Source: Eledone cirrhosa
Taxonomy: Eukaryota
Assembly: GCA_964016885.1 (NCBI GenBank)
Contig: OZ024749.1
Span: 45,694,001 to 45,758,000 of the forward strand
Direction: 5' to 3'
DNA length: 64,000 nucleotides
Shown one piece after another: positions 58,674-64,000 of the stretch. The notes under the pieces were generated by a model. The model had not been told where the DNA came from. It searched no databases and saw nothing but the letters and a program-made list of their open reading frames with translations. Positions within the stretch are counted from its first letter, which is position 1. Each line of letters opens with the position of its first letter. The position numbers were made by a program, and so were the translations under genes.

Positions 58674-61656
58674 AAATAATAATAACATATATTTATGTTT
58701 GCAAACGGAACAAAAACGCTACCTAAGGCTTCAATGTCCAATATTGTCCCTCACAACAGATAGTAAGAGGGATCTAAATTGCGATCTAATTTTTTTCCAT
58801 TGGAAACTAATTTGTAAATTATCAGAAGTTAGTTTGGTTTGTCAAAACTATTTTTGTCAAATGAGACGGTGACAGCTACATTTGACATAATATTTTTTGA
58901 GAAAACAAAGTAAGGAATGATTAATGTATTAGTTAATAACAAAGATGTGAACCGTGACCGGTGCGTGAGATTATTTTAGTAAAAGGAACCTGCGAATGTA
59001 CAACAATATATATTCCAACATACGGTGTCTCATAACAAATCTTGCATAAAGAATATAAAATGATTAGACTAGATTGACTAACAGATAAACACACATACAC
59101 ATACACACACACATACCCACATACACACACACACATACACCCACACATATACACACACTCAGACTCACACACATGCATACATACAAACATACATACAGGC
59201 TTATATGTTTGTGTATTTGTCTCCCATACTCGCAATCGCTTTATAAATAAATGTACATATTCTTACATATGTGGTTACATAGAAAGATATATACATATAC
59301 GTATGTATATATATGTATGTAGATACATACTTATATATTTGTGTGTATGTCTCTTTATAAACACGCACACTCACAAACATTCGCGTAAACACATACGCAC
59401 ACACATATCTATATATATATCTATCTATCTATGTATCTATCTCTCTCGCTCGCTCTCTCTCTCAATATATATATATATATATATTCTCTCTCTCTCTCTC
59501 TCTCAACATATATATATATATATATATATATATGTATTACGGGTTCCAGTCAATTGGTTGTGGCCATTCTGGGGCACAATCAGTTATATATACTTTGATG
59601 TGTAAATATAAACATATACATGTGCTACACGTTAACATGTATACGACGAACTATCATAATAATCATCATTAACAAAGCAAAGAGATGAAATGATTTCAGA
59701 ATAAATAAAATAGCTATCAAGTGAAAGACAGTGGAAAGACACTTCTAACAACTAGTCTTCTCTTGTAAATTAAGTGGAAATCAGGTCATTGTTATATATA
59801 CTACGTGACCTGGGGTTAAATAAAATAAAAGCATCTATCACCTTTATGTTGCGATTGTAGCAAATTAGTTTAACTGTTTAAATACAAACCCCTAATACAT
59901 TTCTTTTTATTCAATTGGGGCTTTTTAGTGGGATACTCGACAGTCAAGAACTCTATGAAATAGCCTGGAGATATATTTGGCAATGAGATATTCACAAGCC
60001 GAATATTCGTTTACAAGGATTTATCTTCATTACTTTTTTTGTATTCTTGGTTTTGTTTTCTCATCTCCAGATGATTTTCAGTTAAGCATGAACGACTTAG
60101 CAAATAAAAAAAATAATAATAATAATAGTAAAATATACTACACATACAATATCAATAAAAGTAAAAGAGAAACTAAACTTCTTTAGGTTGACCTTCTTAA
60201 TGAAATAACAAATATAGCTGTAAGGGATGTGTCCGCTACTTGCAATGGGACTATACATATTATTAAACATCTGTGACAAAATATGTTGCTGTGGTCGAAA
60301 GAGACATGATACACGTTGCTCAAGAAATATCCAAAATACTGCGAGCTAAATTGGAAGCGAAACCACTGGAAATAACTATCAAACACTCATCACCTTACAT
60401 CCCACTATCTTACTTCAAGAAGGACACATTGGATAATCTAGAAATGATAAATGTGAGATGTTCATAACCAGAAAATTATTGATCATAATTCTGTCATGAG
60501 TATAAATAAAAACAACAACATTTGAGAGCTAATATTTTGGTAAATGACCTTCTAGAAATAGCAACCACTTATTCCTCTATTCATACTAATCTGAGGTAAA
60601 ACTGTATGGGCCTATTTTTTAATAGATTTAGAGAACTATGTGATAGTCGCATCTGCAAAGCATTGAATAATAGACTTTCTATCTCGGGATGGAAGCTGAT
60701 AAAAATGATTTTGGTGAAGATTACCTTCTGAGTTCTAATTCCTTCGAGGTAAACTTCGCCTTTTATTTTTTCTAGATTGATAAAGTAAAGTACCAGTTAA
60801 ATACGTGAATCTTTATAATCCACTCACCGCTCCCAGAAAAGTAAAGTTTTCTGCTTAAATTATATACACTTTTAAATAGGATAAGATTCTGTGCTGGAAC
60901 AAATGTTTTGCCATCCCTGTTTGCAGATCTCTAAAATCAGAATTTAAATTACAGAATTAAGCTTAGTCGGGAGGTATCAAAACGTCTATGAATTCTTGAG
61001 AAGAGTGTGAATATTCAAAATTGTTTATGGTAGAGCTTATGAATTCTAATTAAATTCGTTCAGAATTACAGACTCGCATCTCCACGGTTTCAACTCAAAA
61101 CACGACCGGGGTTTACATTTCGTAAACTATTTCTTTTTTACATGTGACTGTAGCATAAGTACCTGTAATATAATATAGTTAATTAATCCAATTAACTCTA
61201 ACCAAACTAGTTCCAGCTTGGCCCCCCAACTTAGCCACAGCAGTTCCCCAGCAAGCCTACAGCATGGGAATAGAATACTGGCTGCAACCAGTAATAGAGT
61301 AAATGAGTAATTGAATACCCCGACTATGCAAGCTATTTCCTTGTGTCTGGACCATCATTAACGCCATTATTTATTATTTTATTGTGATTTCCTCTGCTTC
61401 TGATTCGTCATTGTTGCTACCTTCTACTACTACTGTAACTGCTGCTACTGCTGCTGGTTCTGTTATAACTGCAGTTATTGCAGTTTCGGATAATTTTTCT
61501 TAGAAATAATTTCAAACAGAAAGAATAAGTCATTTTGTTTATTTAATAGAATGTTTGAAAGTGCCCTGTAGCATATTTTACACGCGATATTAAATTCTTG
61601 AAATTCTTTAATAAAAATCAATATCTTGTGGACGTATATATATATATATATATATA

Positions 61657-61674
61657 CCACCCCCATCATATGTT

Positions 61675-61710
<36 letters not shown>

Positions 61711-61777
61711 TATATATATTACATATATATTCTATATATTGTATATATTTCTACTAAAACACGCATATATATATATA

Positions 61778-61827
<50 letters not shown>

Positions 61828-61922
61828 CCCCATCATATGTTTGTATATATATATATATATATATATATGATTATATATATTACATATATATTCTATATAT
61901 TATATATATTTCTACTAAAACA

Positions 61923-61930
<8 letters not shown>
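61657..61930 (+). repeat. Tandem duplication of a unit containing TA tracts
   Basis: cacccccatcatatgtttg...gattatatatattacat...ttctactaaaacacgc occurs twice (from about 61658 and about 61824). Confidence 0.9.
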
Positions 61931-61970
<40 letters not shown>

Positions 61971-63157
61971 CACACATATATATGTGTGTGTGTTTATGTA
62001 TGTGTGTGTAATTGTGGATATGTGTGTGTGTCAGTATTGGTTTGCCCGCGTGTAATTTTCTCTCCTTCGTTTAAGTTCTTCTCAACCTACACACATGTAT
62101 TCTTTCTTAATTCATTCCTTCGATTCTTGTTTCTTTATCACATTTTTATATTCACACATTTTAAAGTTTCAGAAAAGTGAACTTTATTTCGTAATCATTA
62201 TCACTTTGTTTATGAATATATTATAAGTTTGAACTAACTACCTAAAGAATCTGTGTAAATAAAGAAAGCTAGGGGCCTTATCCCTAGCTCTGACGTTATT
62301 TGCCATTCCATCACCTATTGGTCAGTAACAATGCATGTAGTTAGTTTTTCTTTTCTCTTGTATGAGATAGTTTACAATACCGCCTGAGTTTTAGTGCCAA
62401 ATCTGCCAGCTTTAATATATAATAGGACAATTTTGAGTCTCGAAAGCTCCGTTTGTGTAAATGTGTTTCCTTTCTGATGGAACTTACAAGTAAATGTATA
62501 GGAATCGGTGTCGGCTAATTGATGCATTTCCGTTTTTGAGAATAGACAGGAAAAAAACTAGGACGTTTATGCAACGTATTGAAATAGCGTTCCGGTAACT
62601 TCGACGAAATGTTGTGAAAATAACAAAAATGTGCGTTAGTATTCGGTTTAATGTAGACCGGACGGAGATTTTATGGTGGCCTTACCATTTGCGTTACAAC
62701 CGTATTTAGTTTGATCCATATGTTTTACTTCGTATTAAACCGGATAGGTTTTAATACGGGTTTTATATAAAAGCTGAGTGCAAACACTCAAATATGTGGA
62801 GAAAAAGACATGATGTTTGTCAAGAGGAATGATACAGTTAAGAATGCTTTTGTTTAAGTAGCCAAAGAATAGTTAATGAAGAGCCGAAGAGTACAACAGA
62901 GACAATACGATGTGAATGATCTTATATTACTTAATGCTTATTGAGAGGAAGCGATCGAGATGGAGGAAAACAAAGAATGTGTAAATGCGTTTAAAACAAA
63001 ACTGACATAATTTTCTGTCCACGGTTGAGTTTGTTATTCCATCCTTCGATCCAGCCATCAATATATATATCGATATATTATGTCTATGCCAACACGCGCG
63101 AGTACACACTGACACATATACATATATATGGATAAAACTATATATATATATATATAT

Positions 63158-63217
<60 letters not shown>

Positions 63218-63424
63218 GCACATGTATCTCGGTGTGTATGTAAATGTTAGTGTTTGTGTCTTTGTGTATGTGTGAATAGCCCCATAGTCTGTCAGATAAA
63301 TGAATAATTATAAATATTGCGCAACTACAGACACATTCATGGATGCACACACACTCACGCATACTCACTCACACATACACACACATACGAACATACACAC
63401 ACATATATATATATATGAGAGACA

Positions 63425-63445
63425 GAACGAGAGAGAGAGAGAGAT

Positions 63446-63533
<88 letters not shown>
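63425..63533. repeat. (GA)n microsatellite
   Basis: Directly visible. Confidence 0.98.
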
Positions 63534-63537
<4 letters not shown>

Positions 63538-64000
63538 TGTTCTATAATAGTTTGTATCAAAATATTTATACAATAATTTGATACTAATATGTATGCATTT
63601 AGAATAACACTGATATTTTATAAAGTCATACAAAATAAACAGTTGGCTCACATGTTTAACATTTTTCATGGATATACCATCTCTGTGGTGTGTCATGTCG
63701 ATTGTAAACTGTTACGTTTGTTGACGCCGAAAAATGTATATATTTTGCATTAGTTGAATGTGTTTTACATTAATTGTACAAAGAGACACAATTTAGAAAT
63801 GTAAATTCGGATTAAGTGATAGCTATTTTCATTTCCATTTTCGAATTTTACTTCATTGGTACTACTGAGATTTTTACGTGAAATTTCATATATACTTTCA
63901 CCTGTAATATAAAGAATTTTCTACTGACCTACATAATTATCTAACCATTTCACCATTCAATTAAAGGCAAATGCGTGCAAGAATATATATTTATCTCTTC

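Overview
64 kb of very AT-rich, microsatellite-saturated eukaryotic DNA. It is most consistent with a cephalopod (octopus-like) intron or intergenic region; this is inferred from the repeat content. No credible host protein-coding exon is visible, and almost every ORF in the track is a translation of (TA)n, (CA)n, (GA)n or trinucleotide tracts. Recognisable content: more than 25 copies of a tRNA-derived SINE (two subfamilies, several with TSDs), a second tRNA-SINE, two Tc1/mariner transposase relics, a pogo/Tigger-like MITE, a Helitron-like 3' end, a Dong/R4-type LINE 3' end inside (TAA)n, and an RTE-type LINE fragment with a twin-priming-like inversion. The main observation is a recurring architecture of 200-400 bp elements sitting inside (TA)n tracts: (TA)n - tail - arm - spacer - inverted arm - (TA)n. 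It occurs in at least six sequence-unrelated families, and each carries an intact or decayed minimal type I hammerhead ribozyme near the inversion axis, reading outward. These are probably non-coding Penelope-like (pLTR/retrozyme-type) derivatives that target TA microsatellites. All folds and alignments were read by eye.
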